From: Gemmatimonadaceae bacterium
Lineage (GTDB): Bacteria > Gemmatimonadota > Gemmatimonadetes > Gemmatimonadales > Gemmatimonadaceae
Length of the DNA stretch: 34,881 bases
Reading direction: 5' to 3'
Assembly (NCBI GenBank): GCA_035279645.1
Contig: DATEHJ010000285.1
Span: 1 to 34,881, forward strand
In this document: piece by piece, positions 24,922-33,529 of the stretch
How the letters are laid out: every line of letters starts with the position of its first letter
Position numbering within the stretch: the first letter of the stretch is position 1
The notes under the pieces: model-generated
What the model saw: only the letters and a program-made list of their open reading frames with translations
What the model was told of the DNA's origin: nothing
Databases searched by the model: none
Position numbers and translations under genes: made by a program

Positions 24922-27900
24922 TCAGTCGTCGCCAACGCCAACTAGCTGCGGTCTCTCCCTCTTCACCTCCTCCAACGGTTCCTCCTCCACCGACCTCGCC
25001 AACCACCGATCGATCTTCACGCTGACTCCGGCCAGATACGTATAAACCACCGGCGTCACGTACAGCGTAATCAACTGAGAGAACGCGAGCCCGCCCACCA
25101 CCGCGATGCCTAACGGTCGGCGCGATTCGGCGCCGGCGCCCATCGACAATGCGATCGGGAGCGTTCCCATCAACGCCGCGACCGTCGTCATCATGATCGG
25201 TCGGAAGCGCACCAGCGACGCGTGCACGATCGCGTCCGCCGGCTCCCGCCCTTCCTTCCGCTCCGACTCCAGCGCGAAGTCGATCATCATGATCGCGTTC
25301 TTCTTCACCAGACCCACGAGCAGCACGATGCCGACGAAGGCGTACACGCTCAGGTCCACATGGAAGATCAACAGCGTCAGCAGCGCGCCGAACGCGGCGA
25401 AGGGAAGGCCTGAGAGAATCGTGATCGGGTGAATGAAGCTCTCGTACAGGACGCCGAGCACGACATAGATCACGAAAATCGCGATCACGAGGAGCGCGAG
25501 GAGTCCGGCCTGCGCTGCCTGGAAGGCCTGCGCCGTACCGGAGAAATTCGTCGCGATCGACGAGGGCAGCACGTTGCGCGCGACATGCTGCACTTCGGTC
25601 ACCGCATCGCCTAGCGCGACTCCCGGCCGCAGATTGAACGACAACGTCACCGAAGGAAGCTGCCCGGCGTGATTCACCGCGACGGGACCCGTGCTCTGAT
25701 TCACCGTCGCGACGGCGGAGAGCGGCACGAGCGTTCCAGTGTTCGCCTGAATGTGCAGCAGCGACAACGCCGAAAGATCCTGCTGGTACTGCGGCAGCAG
25801 TTCCATGACCACCCAGTACTCGTTATTCGGGGTGTAGATCGTCGAGACCTGCCGCGACCCGTACGCGTCGTAAAGCGCCAGCTCGATCTGTGATGCGCTC
25901 ACGCCCAACGACGCGGCCCGCTCGCGATCGATCTCGATGCTTGCCTGGGGATTTCCAAGCTGCAGATCACTCGTCACGTCCTGCAACAGCATCGACTTTT
26001 TCGCCTCGTCGATCAGCTTCTGGGCCGCGGGATACAACGTCGCGATGTCCGAGCTCTGCATCGTGAACTGATACAGACTCTTCGCGACGCGTCCGCCGAT
26101 CTGAATCGCCGGCGGGTTCTGCATGAACACGACCATTCCTGGCACGCGCGAGAGTTTGGGTCGCAGCTCGGCGATAATCTCGTCGACGCTCTTCCGCTCG
26201 CCGCGAGGCTTGAGGCCGATGATGAGACGACCCTGATTCAGCGATTGATTCGCGCCGCCGCCGCCACCGATCGCGGACATGAATCCCGCGATGTTCGGAT
26301 CCTGCTGAACGATCGACGCGACCTCGCGCTGGTGCGCGATCATATCGAGGAAGGATGTGCCCTGCGCTGCCTCGGTCGTCACGGACATATTGCCGTTGTC
26401 CTGACTGGGGATGAACCCCTTCGGCACGAGCGCGAACAACACCGCCGTCCCGACGAGAATGCCCGCCGAGAACACGAGCATCGATCGGCGATGCGCCATG
26501 ACCCAGTTGAGCGACGACGCATACCGCGCGAGCACCTTCTCCCATCCGCGCTCGGTGATGTTGTACAAGCGGCCATGCGTCTCCTGGCCATGTGCCCGCA
26601 GGACACGGCTCGAAAGCATCGGCGTCAACGTCAGCGACACGACGCCCGACATCAGGATCGCTACGGCGATCACGACCGCGAACTCGTGGAACAGTCGGCC
26701 AATGATTCCGCCCAGGAACAGGATCGGAATGAAAACCGCCACGAGAGAGATCGTCATCGAGAGAATGGTGAATCCGACTTCCGCCGAGCCGTCGTACGCG
26801 GCTTTGAGCGGCGGCTTCCCCATCTCCATGTGCCTAACGATATTCTCGAGCATTACGATTGCGTCGTCGACCACGAAGCCGACGGCGAGCGTCAACGCCA
26901 TCAACGAGAGATTGTCGAGACTGTAGTCGAGCAGATACATCACGGCGAACGTGCCGACGACGCTGATAGGCAGCGCCAAGCTCGGAATGATCGTCGCCGA
27001 GACGTTCCGCAGGAACAAGAAAATCACGGCGACGACGAGCACGAGCGTCAACAACAACGTCATCTTCACGTCGCGCACGGACTCCTCGATCGGAATCGTG
27101 CGGTCGATGAGCGTCGTGAGCTGCACACTGCCCGGCACCTGCGTCCGCAGTTTCTCGACGAGATCTTTCACCGCCGATGCGACCGCTACGGTGTTCGACC
27201 CCGGCTGCCGCTGAATCGCGAGCACGATCGCGCGCGCTCCGTTGTACCAGCTCGCCACCTTGTTGCTCTGCACGTCGTCGAGAACGTGGCCGATGTCGCC
27301 GAGCCTAACGGGCGCGCCGTTGCGATAGGTGACGACCATTCGCGAGAACGACGCGGCATCCTGCAACTGGCCGTTCGCCTGCACGGTGAAGGCCTTGTTC
27401 GGTCCCCACAACACACCCGTGGGAAGATTCACGTTCTGGTTGTTGATCGCGTTCGCGACTTCGTCGATGCCGATCTTGCGATACGCAAGCGCCGTTGGAT
27501 CGAGCTGCACGCGCACGGCGTACTTTTGCTAGCCATAGACGATCACCTGCGCCACGCCCGGCACCATCGAAATGCGCTGTGCCAGCACGGTCTCGCCGTA
27601 CTCGTCGAGCTGCGACAACGGCATGAGCTTCGACGTCAACGCAAAGAGCAGAATCGCCTGATCCGCCGGATTCACCTTCTGATACGACGGCGGGATGATC
27701 CCGGGCGGTAAATCTCTGAGCGTCTTTGCAATCATCGCCTGCACATCTTGCGCGGCGGCGTCGATGTTGCGATCGAGCGTAAACTGGATCGTGATCGACG
27801 TCGAACCGAGGTTCGAGATGGAAGTCATGTTGTCGATGCCCGCGATCGTCGAGAACTGTTTCTCGAGCGGCGTCGCGACGGCGGCCGCCATCGTCTCGGG

Positions 27901-28065
27901 GCTCGCGCCAGGCAGCGACGCCGAAACCTGAATCGTCGGAAAATCGACCGTAGGCAGATCGCTCACCGGCAGACGGCGATACGCGGTGATGCCGAAAACG
28001 ATCAGGCCGACCATGAACAGCACGGTCGTGACCGGCCGCCGGATGAACAATGCGGAAAGATTCAT
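24922..28065 (-). pseudogene. HAE1-type RND multidrug efflux permease (AcrB/MdtB-like) interrupted by one in-frame TAG
   Basis: ORFs 27529..28065 (N-terminal 178 aa, MNLSALFIRRPVTTVLFM...) and 24922..27516 are in the same frame and together give a colinear ~1046-aa RND pump. The junction reads GTC TAT GGC TAG CAA AAG TAC GCC GTG CGC GTG CAG CTC GAT (VYG*QKYAVRVQLDP), with the TAG at 27531-27529 on the minus strand. Family members read through here (e.g. LFGSQYAMRIW in AcrB). No frameshift is present. Confidence 0.8.
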
Positions 28066-29210
28066 TCGTCTATTCCCGACGTCCCCGACCGTTGCGCGAC
28101 GGGCGTCGCCTGCGGTTTCGCATCGACTTTGGCGCCCGGCACGAGACGCGATTGTCCGTCGACGACCACTTGCTCACCGGGGACGACACCATGTTCGATC
28201 ACGGTGAGGTCCCCGACCGACTGGCCGACCGTGACCGTTCGCACGTGTGCGTTCTTCTCGCTGTCGACGACGTACACGTACGTTCCCTCTTGCCCGTTCA
28301 GTACCGCCGTCGTTGGAATCGCGATCGCGCCGGTCCGGACGTCCAGCTGGACGGCAACGCGGAGATACTCTCCCGGCCACAGCGCCCGCGACGAATTGCT
28401 GAACCGCGCCTTCGCCGTCACACTCCCGGTCAACGAATCGACCGCGTTGTCGAGAAACGTCAAGGAACCCTGCTCGGGGAGCACCGTGCTGTCCGACGCG
28501 GTCACGCGAACGGGAACCGGACCGCTGCCGACGCGCCTCCGGAGCGCGAGAAAATCGCGCGCCGTTACCGGGAAGCGCACCAGGATCGGTTGCAGCTCGT
28601 TGATCACCACGAGCGGGCCGCCACTCGGCTTGACGAGGTTGCCGCGCCTAACGAGAAGACTCCCCGTACGGCCGCCAATCGGCGCGCGGATCGTCGTGTA
28701 ACCGAGATTCACGCGTGCGTTCTCGACGGCGGCGCTGTCCGACTGCAGCGTGGCGAGCATCGACGCTGCTTGCGCCTGCGCCTGCTCCGCCTGCGATTGC
28801 GTCACGTAGTCCTTCGCCACCAAGGCCTTGTAGCGTTCCGCGTCTCGTTCCGCGCTCTGCGCCTGCGCCTTGTCGCGGGCCACTGCAGCCTCGGACTGGC
28901 GCAGCGCCGCCGCGAAGGGACGAGGATCGATGCGGAACAGCACCTGACCTTCGGTGACGTCTTCCCCTTCCTGGAAGCTGACTTCCGTGAGAATACCGCC
29001 GACCTGCGCTTCGACCGCGACCGTTTGCACCGGCTCGACGACGCCATTCGCGACAACCATCGCCGGGGCGTCGATCTTCACCGCGGGGGAGATCGCGACC
29101 GGAACGCTCGGCGAACGTTCCGGCGCCTTCTTCCCGCACGCGGCGACCAACGTGATCAGACCAACGGCTGCCCGACGTAAATGAACCACCATCATATTGC
29201 TCAGTCTCAC
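28062..29210 (-). CDS. Efflux RND periplasmic adaptor (membrane fusion protein), lipoprotein
   Basis: Lipobox LITLVAAC-GK. HlyD/AcrA-type lipoyl, hairpin and beta-barrel pattern (GGILTEVSFQEGEDVTEGQVLFRIDP, coiled-coil AQ-rich segment, YTTIRAPIGGRTG). Stop overlaps the RND ATG (ATGA, 28062-28065). Start is GTG 29210 or ATG 29195/29192. Confidence 0.85.
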   Translation of the reverse strand: MRLSNMMVVHLRRAAVGLITLVAACGKKAPERSPSVPVAISPAVKIDAPAMVVANGVVEPVQTVAVEAQVGGILTEVSFQEGEDVTEGQVLFRIDPRPFAAALRQSEAAVARDKAQAQSAERDAERYKALVAKDYVTQSQAEQAQAQAASMLATLQSDSAAVENARVNLGYTTIRAPIGGRTGSLLVRRGNLVKPSGGPLVVINELQPILVRFPVTARDFLALRRRVGSGPVPVRVTASDSTVLPEQGSLTFLDNAVDSLTGSVTAKARFSNSSRALWPGEYLRVAVQLDVRTGAIAIPTTAVLNGQEGTYVYVVDSEKNAHVRTVTVGQSVGDLTVIEHGVVPGEQVVVDGQSRLVPGAKVDAKPQATPVAQRSGTSGIDE

Positions 29211-30673
29211 CGATTCGTGCGTGATGTGTCAGCGCCAGCGCCTAACGGCGACAGCGCCTCTCCTCGCAGCCCCAGCACGCCTACGTCGTGGGCGAGCTGC
29301 GCGAGCGATCCATGCCACTGCCACCGCGCCTGCGCGTCCTGCGCGCGTGCATCCGCGAGCGCCGACTGCGCGATGAGCAGATCCACGATACTTCCAACTC
29401 CCTCACGATAACGGCCGCGCGCAACGCTTTCCGATTCGGTCGCGCTCGCGAGCAGGTCGGCCGCCGTTCGCACGCGCTCCGTCGCCGTCTGCAAAGTGTA
29501 GTACGCGCTGAACACTTGCAGCGCGATCTGCTGACGCGTCTGCTCGGCGCGCGCGTTCGCCGCATCGAGCTGTTCCGCGGCAGACCGCAGCGAGTACTGT
29601 CGCGACAATCCGGTAAACGCCGGCAAATCGAAGGTCAGCCCAACGCTGTACGTGCGCCCACGGAGGCCGGGAATGGTCGACGAGGTATACCCGCTGTTGG
29701 CGTTGAGTGATACCGTCGGGTACAGCCCTGATCGCGCGACGCGCACCTGTGCCGCTGCCGCCGCGGCTTGAGCGCGCGCCGCTTCCAGATCGGGCCGCTC
29801 TCGCACCGCGACCGCGATCAACGTGTCGATCGACTGCGCGATGAACTTCAGCGAGTCGGGGCACAACGAGTCTGTCAGCATCGGTGGCTCGAAGCGCGCG
29901 TTCGCGGGAATTCCCATTGCTACCGCGAGCGAGCCTTGCGCGATGTGCACCGCACCCTCGAACGTCTCGAGTGTGAGCTGCGCCTGCGACCGAAAGGTGC
30001 GCGCCTGCAGAACGTCGGCGATCGTCGCCAGCCCGACGCGATGACGCTCCTCGGCGGCGTTGAGATTCGCGGTCGCTTCCTCGACAGCGGTGCGCTGCGC
30101 GTCACGTTGGGCCCGCGCTGCCTGATAGTCGAACAGCGCCTGTTCGGCGCCGAGAATTGTATTCTGAACGGCGACGTTGTGCGCCAGGTCGACGGCGACC
30201 GCGGTTTGTCGCGCGACGTCGACGCTCCCGACGCGACCGCCGAAGTCGAGCACGAGGTACGACAGAGTGATCGTCGGACCGTATTGAATCCGCCGGGTGA
30301 GCACTCCGCTGGGCGCCAGCGGCTGCGCCTGCGAGCCGCCGACGTCGATCGAGACGGACGGGAAGTACTGACCGCGACTCGCACCGTACGCGTCCGCCTG
30401 TGCGCGCGCCTGAGCCCAGGAAAGACGCGTCGTTGGGTTGTTGCGGAGCGCGAGATCGACGATCTCGGCCATGCCCAGTCGGCCAATCGATGCCGGCAAC
30501 GCTGTCGGTGCGGGCGCCGGTGTCGGCGTCTGTACTCGCGTCTTGATGGCTGGCGGCGCGTTCCAGTACTCGTTAGGCTGCGCCGGCGCGCCCGGTTCGC
30601 CACTGATCGACGGCGGCTGATGCGGTGTGCAGGCGGCGACGAGCGCGAGGCTCAGGATGGAGGTGCCTCTCAT
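29207..30673 (-). CDS. TolC/NodT-family outer-membrane efflux factor (lipoprotein)
   Basis: Start ATG 30673 (MRGTSILSLALVAAC-TP lipobox) overlaps the upstream stop (ATGA). Two OEP repeats with characteristic coiled-coil segments (LSWAQARAQADAYGASRGQYFPS..., LEAARAQAAAAAAQVRVARSGLYPT...). The listed ORF start 30829 is an upstream extension. Confidence 0.85.
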   Translation of the reverse strand: MRGTSILSLALVAACTPHQPPSISGEPGAPAQPNEYWNAPPAIKTRVQTPTPAPAPTALPASIGRLGMAEIVDLALRNNPTTRLSWAQARAQADAYGASRGQYFPSVSIDVGGSQAQPLAPSGVLTRRIQYGPTITLSYLVLDFGGRVGSVDVARQTAVAVDLAHNVAVQNTILGAEQALFDYQAARAQRDAQRTAVEEATANLNAAEERHRVGLATIADVLQARTFRSQAQLTLETFEGAVHIAQGSLAVAMGIPANARFEPPMLTDSLCPDSLKFIAQSIDTLIAVAVRERPDLEAARAQAAAAAAQVRVARSGLYPTVSLNANSGYTSSTIPGLRGRTYSVGLTFDLPAFTGLSRQYSLRSAAEQLDAANARAEQTRQQIALQVFSAYYTLQTATERVRTAADLLASATESESVARGRYREGVGSIVDLLIAQSALADARAQDAQARWQWHGSLAQLAHDVGVLGLRGEALSPLGAGADTSRTNR

Positions 30674-31935
30674 CGCACGCTCCCGGATTGGGTCGCGGCG
30701 CGCGCCGTCGTGCGCGCGACACCTTGAGCGAGTCGCAACAACGGTGGTATCGCTGGCCGCGCGCGAGACGCGTCGCCGAGCATCACGACCCTCTCGCCCT
30801 CGCGAATACCGCCGAGCACCTCGACCCACTCGAGGTCCGAGGCGCCAGGTTGAATCGCGCGCAGCTCGTAAACGCCCCCCGGCAGCGCAACGACGGCAAA
30901 GCGCGTCGCGCTGCCGGTCGTGGATGTCGACGAGGGAAGTAGCGAGGGGCTAATCTCGTCGCGCAGAGAATCCGCCGACTGTTGAAACACGCGCGCGATG
31001 GCGACGAGCTCGTTGGACCCGCGAACTGCGTCGACGGGGATAGCGAGGACGCCCGACCGCCGCGCGGCGATGATCGTCACTTCGCCATTCATTCCTGGCA
31101 TGAGCAAACGCTCATGATTGTCGATCGTGACGAGCACGGGAAAAAACGTCACGCCCTGATTCACGACGGCGGTCGGCTCGACCTTCTCGACGACGCCGTC
31201 GAAACTGCGCGAGGGCACCGCGTCGACGCGAATCGTCGCCGGCTCTCCGGGCCGCACGTTCGCGAGGTCCGCCTCGTCCACGTTGACACGCATGCGCACG
31301 CGGAGGAGATTCGCCATCGTCACGATCGATGTGTCGCGGCCAAAGGTACCCGTCGCCGACGTCACGAGCTGACCGAGCGACACGCTCTTGCTCAGGATCG
31401 TTCCGTCCACCGGCGCTCGAACCGTGGCGTCCTCCAACTTTTGACGCGCGAGATCGAGATTCGCGCGATCCTCGGCGACCACCGACACCGCACGCACGAA
31501 GTTCGCCGCGACACTGTCATGCTCAGCCGGTGTGATCACCTTTTGCGCTAGCATGTCGTCGGCGCGCTTCTTCTGCAGGTCGGCGTTGTGCATCGCCGCG
31601 ACGCTGGCCACGTCGTCGGCTCGCGTTTCCTCGAACTCGTTCTTCACATCGCGCGGATCGATCTGCACGATCAGATCGCCGGCCTTTACGTCGCTCCCGA
31701 TGTCGACCGGCATCTTCTGCACGAGTCCCGAGGCCTTCGAACGGATCGCCACGAGATCGATTGGCTCGAGCGTTCCGGTGGATTGTACACGGACGACGAT
31801 ATCCCGTCGCGCCGCGGCGGCGTTTGGCAGGGGCACTGGTTGACTGGCCGTCTGATGACAGGCGGCCACGAACACGAGAAGGGTTATCGAGAGCACCGGA
31901 CGGGTTGACATCCGCTCTCGCCTGAAAAAAGTCAT
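30670..31935 (-). CDS. Second HlyD-family periplasmic adaptor (MacA-like)
   Basis: Lipobox/anchor LLVFVAAC-HQ. Lipoyl motif (SGLVQKMPVDIGSDVKAGDLIVQIDP), alpha-hairpin, VRAPVDGTILSK, beta-barrel and membrane-proximal domains. No ABC or second RND partner in the operon. Confidence 0.8.
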   Translation of the reverse strand: MTFFRRERMSTRPVLSITLLVFVAACHQTASQPVPLPNAAAARRDIVVRVQSTGTLEPIDLVAIRSKASGLVQKMPVDIGSDVKAGDLIVQIDPRDVKNEFEETRADDVASVAAMHNADLQKKRADDMLAQKVITPAEHDSVAANFVRAVSVVAEDRANLDLARQKLEDATVRAPVDGTILSKSVSLGQLVTSATGTFGRDTSIVTMANLLRVRMRVNVDEADLANVRPGEPATIRVDAVPSRSFDGVVEKVEPTAVVNQGVTFFPVLVTIDNHERLLMPGMNGEVTIIAARRSGVLAIPVDAVRGSNELVAIARVFQQSADSLRDEISPSLLPSSTSTTGSATRFAVVALPGGVYELRAIQPGASDLEWVEVLGGIREGERVVMLGDASRARPAIPPLLRLAQGVARTTARAATQSGSVR

Positions 31936-31950
31936 GATGGGTGAAATTCG

Positions 31951-32400
31951 TTAAGGCGTGCTGCTCATCCGACGCGCGGTATCGGCGTCGCGGAGCTGGA
32001 GTCGTCGGAAGCGCTCACGTTGTGCCGGCGTCAGCACCTGCTCCATGTCGCTGCGAACGTCGGAGACTAGCCGCTCAACGCGCGGCCGAATCTCTTCGCG
32101 CAATGCACTGAACTCGCCGGCGCGCTGCATCATGATCGCGTCGAAAGCGCTGTCCTGGGCCGGGGTGAGACTGAGCTCTTTCGCCAACTCGTGCCGCAAC
32201 CGGCGCCGCTCCTCCGGCGTCGGTGACCGCAGCGCCGACGACAGCGGATGGAACCCGGTGTCACCGATTATCGTCGGCGAGCTACGCAGTAACACTCGGT
32301 CGATCGCAATACCGGCAACAACGCTCGCGACGATGGTCGCCGCGATGACGATGATGGCGAGCGAGCGTGCCGGTACGTTGATGCTCGTGAGCGGACGCAT
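31951..32400 (-). CDS. Membrane-anchored Spy/CpxP/ZraP-like periplasmic protein (LTxxQ repeats; 'periplasmic heavy-metal sensor' type)
   Basis: Start ATG 32400 (MRPLTSINVPARSLAIIVIAATIVASVVAGIAI anchor) overlaps the upstream TAA by 1 nt (TAATG). Two LTPAQ motifs (LSLTPAQDSAFDAIM; QVLTPAQRERFRRL). The listed ORF start 32643 is an extension. Confidence 0.65.
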   Translation of the reverse strand: MRPLTSINVPARSLAIIVIAATIVASVVAGIAIDRVLLRSSPTIIGDTGFHPLSSALRSPTPEERRRLRHELAKELSLTPAQDSAFDAIMMQRAGEFSALREEIRPRVERLVSDVRSDMEQVLTPAQRERFRRLQLRDADTARRMSSTP

Positions 32401-32801
32401 TAGCGCGGGGTCCCCCGCGAACCCGCGGAGGCCTCGGAAGCCGGCGCGTCGAGCACGAAGTCGACGAGCTCGCGCGACTCCGCGCGATTCGTGACGACGC
32501 GCAACAATGCGGTGCGCTCGTTTGCGTGCGCTCGCAACGGAGCTCTCGCCGAGCTCCAGGCGAGGCAAACCGTCGCGACGAACGCAGCCGCCACACCTAA
32601 CGGGAGCAGGGTGCCGGCCCAGGCCGCGGCGTATTCCCACCATGATGCGGCCCCGCGCCGGCGCGCGTCGAGCAGGGGCGTTGCTCGGCTGACAATGCGC
32701 CGAGCGAGAGCCGCCATCTGGCCTGCCGTTGGCGGCGGAGGATCGAGCCGGCGCAGCTCCCGCGCCAATTCGCGATCCGAGCCGATATCGTTATGTCTCA
32801 T
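32400..32801 (-). CDS. Putative single-pass anti-sigma factor
   Basis: Position immediately downstream of the ECF sigma gene (4-nt gap; ATG 32801, MRHNDIGSDRELARELRRL). One TM helix (WWEYAAAWAGTLLPLGVAAAFVATVCLAW). No zf-HC2 motif, so the call is by context only. Confidence 0.5.
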   Translation of the reverse strand: MRHNDIGSDRELARELRRLDPPPPTAGQMAALARRIVSRATPLLDARRRGAASWWEYAAAWAGTLLPLGVAAAFVATVCLAWSSARAPLRAHANERTALLRVVTNRAESRELVDFVLDAPASEASAGSRGTPR

Positions 32802-32805
32802 CCAC

Positions 32806-33414
32806 TCAACCTCGACGGAGCGGCGCCAGCGCATTACGCAGCTGACGACGCGCCATATGCAAATGCCAGCGAATCGTTGCTGGCGAAGAATCCAATAGCT
32901 TCGCGATCTCAGCGACCGAAAAGCCATCTACCTCGAAGAGCTGCACTACCAAGCGCCGTCTTTCCGGCAGCGAGGCAAGTGTCCGACGAAACTCATCTCG
33001 GATCTCGCCCCGCTCCGCCGCTTCCGCTGGCGATGGGCCCGCATCACTGACCTCGTCGCCTAACACCTCCGCCGAACGAGCCGATCGCGAAGCCGAGAGA
33101 TCCAGTCCGCGATTGACGATGATGCGAGACAACCACGGCCAGAACGGCCGCGACAGATCGAAGCTATCGATATGCTGCAGCGCCGCTAGAAAGGCGTCCT
33201 GAACCAGGTCTTCCGCATCTTCTCGGTGGTGTAACAGCCGCATCCCCAACGCCATCGCTCGCGGCAGGTACCGTTCGATGACTCGCCCGAACGCATCTCG
33301 TTCGCCGTTCCGAACCCGAGTGAGAAGCTCGCGGTCCTGATCGGCATCGTCCCCTGAGCGGAGCACGAACGTACGAGAAAGATCGCGCGCAGTCGCCGTG
33401 TACGTATCCCTCAC
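32806..33414 (-). CDS. ECF (RpoE-like, sigma-70 family group IV) RNA polymerase sigma factor
   Basis: Region 2 (DAFGRVIERYLPRAMALGMRLLHHREDAEDLVQDAFLAAL) and region 4 HTH (FEVDGFSVAEIAKLLDSSPATIRWHLHMARRQLR). GTG start at 33414. Confidence 0.9.
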   Translation of the reverse strand: MRDTYTATARDLSRTFVLRSGDDADQDRELLTRVRNGERDAFGRVIERYLPRAMALGMRLLHHREDAEDLVQDAFLAALQHIDSFDLSRPFWPWLSRIIVNRGLDLSASRSARSAEVLGDEVSDAGPSPAEAAERGEIRDEFRRTLASLPERRRLVVQLFEVDGFSVAEIAKLLDSSPATIRWHLHMARRQLRNALAPLRRG

Positions 33415-33529
33415 CTCGGTTTTGGAGCCGGTGTGCTCGCTCCAGAGGAAGTACGGCCAACTCGGGCGAACCGTTTGACGCTCGCTACAGGTGCGGGTGC
33501 GGGGTGGCGTTTGGCGTAACGCCGAGCGC

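Noticed and set aside
15193-25616. One-off variants of the word: GCCTAGCG (19945, 21559, 25609), GCCTAATG (15193, 22749), tGTTAGGt (4684, 14529), GCCTAACA (33058), TCTAACG (10542).
   Set aside because: Rough expectations for each variant (about 0.5-3 per window) are close to the observed counts. I cannot claim they are decayed copies. They are only worth checking genome-wide alongside the exact word.
27526-31552. GCTAGC (NheI site) followed by CAAAAG at both the RND amber codon (GGCTAGCAAAAG, ~27521-27532) and in the first adaptor gene (GCTAGCGCAAAAG, ~31541-31553), as a possible engineered scar or recombination footprint.
   Set aside because: Only 6+6 nt are shared, with a 2-nt difference, and the second site is in a different reading context (M-L-A-Q-K) within an intact gene. 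This is most simply coincidence.
33415-33529. ECF-type promoter (AAAC-N17-CGTA; minus strand of ~33452-33476) and a small hairpin GGCGTT-N6-AACGCC (33506-33523) after the MFS stop.
   Set aside because: The -35 reads TCAAAC rather than GGAAC/GAAC. The hairpin is only 6 bp with no U-tract. Both are too weak to call without a TSS or 3'-end map.
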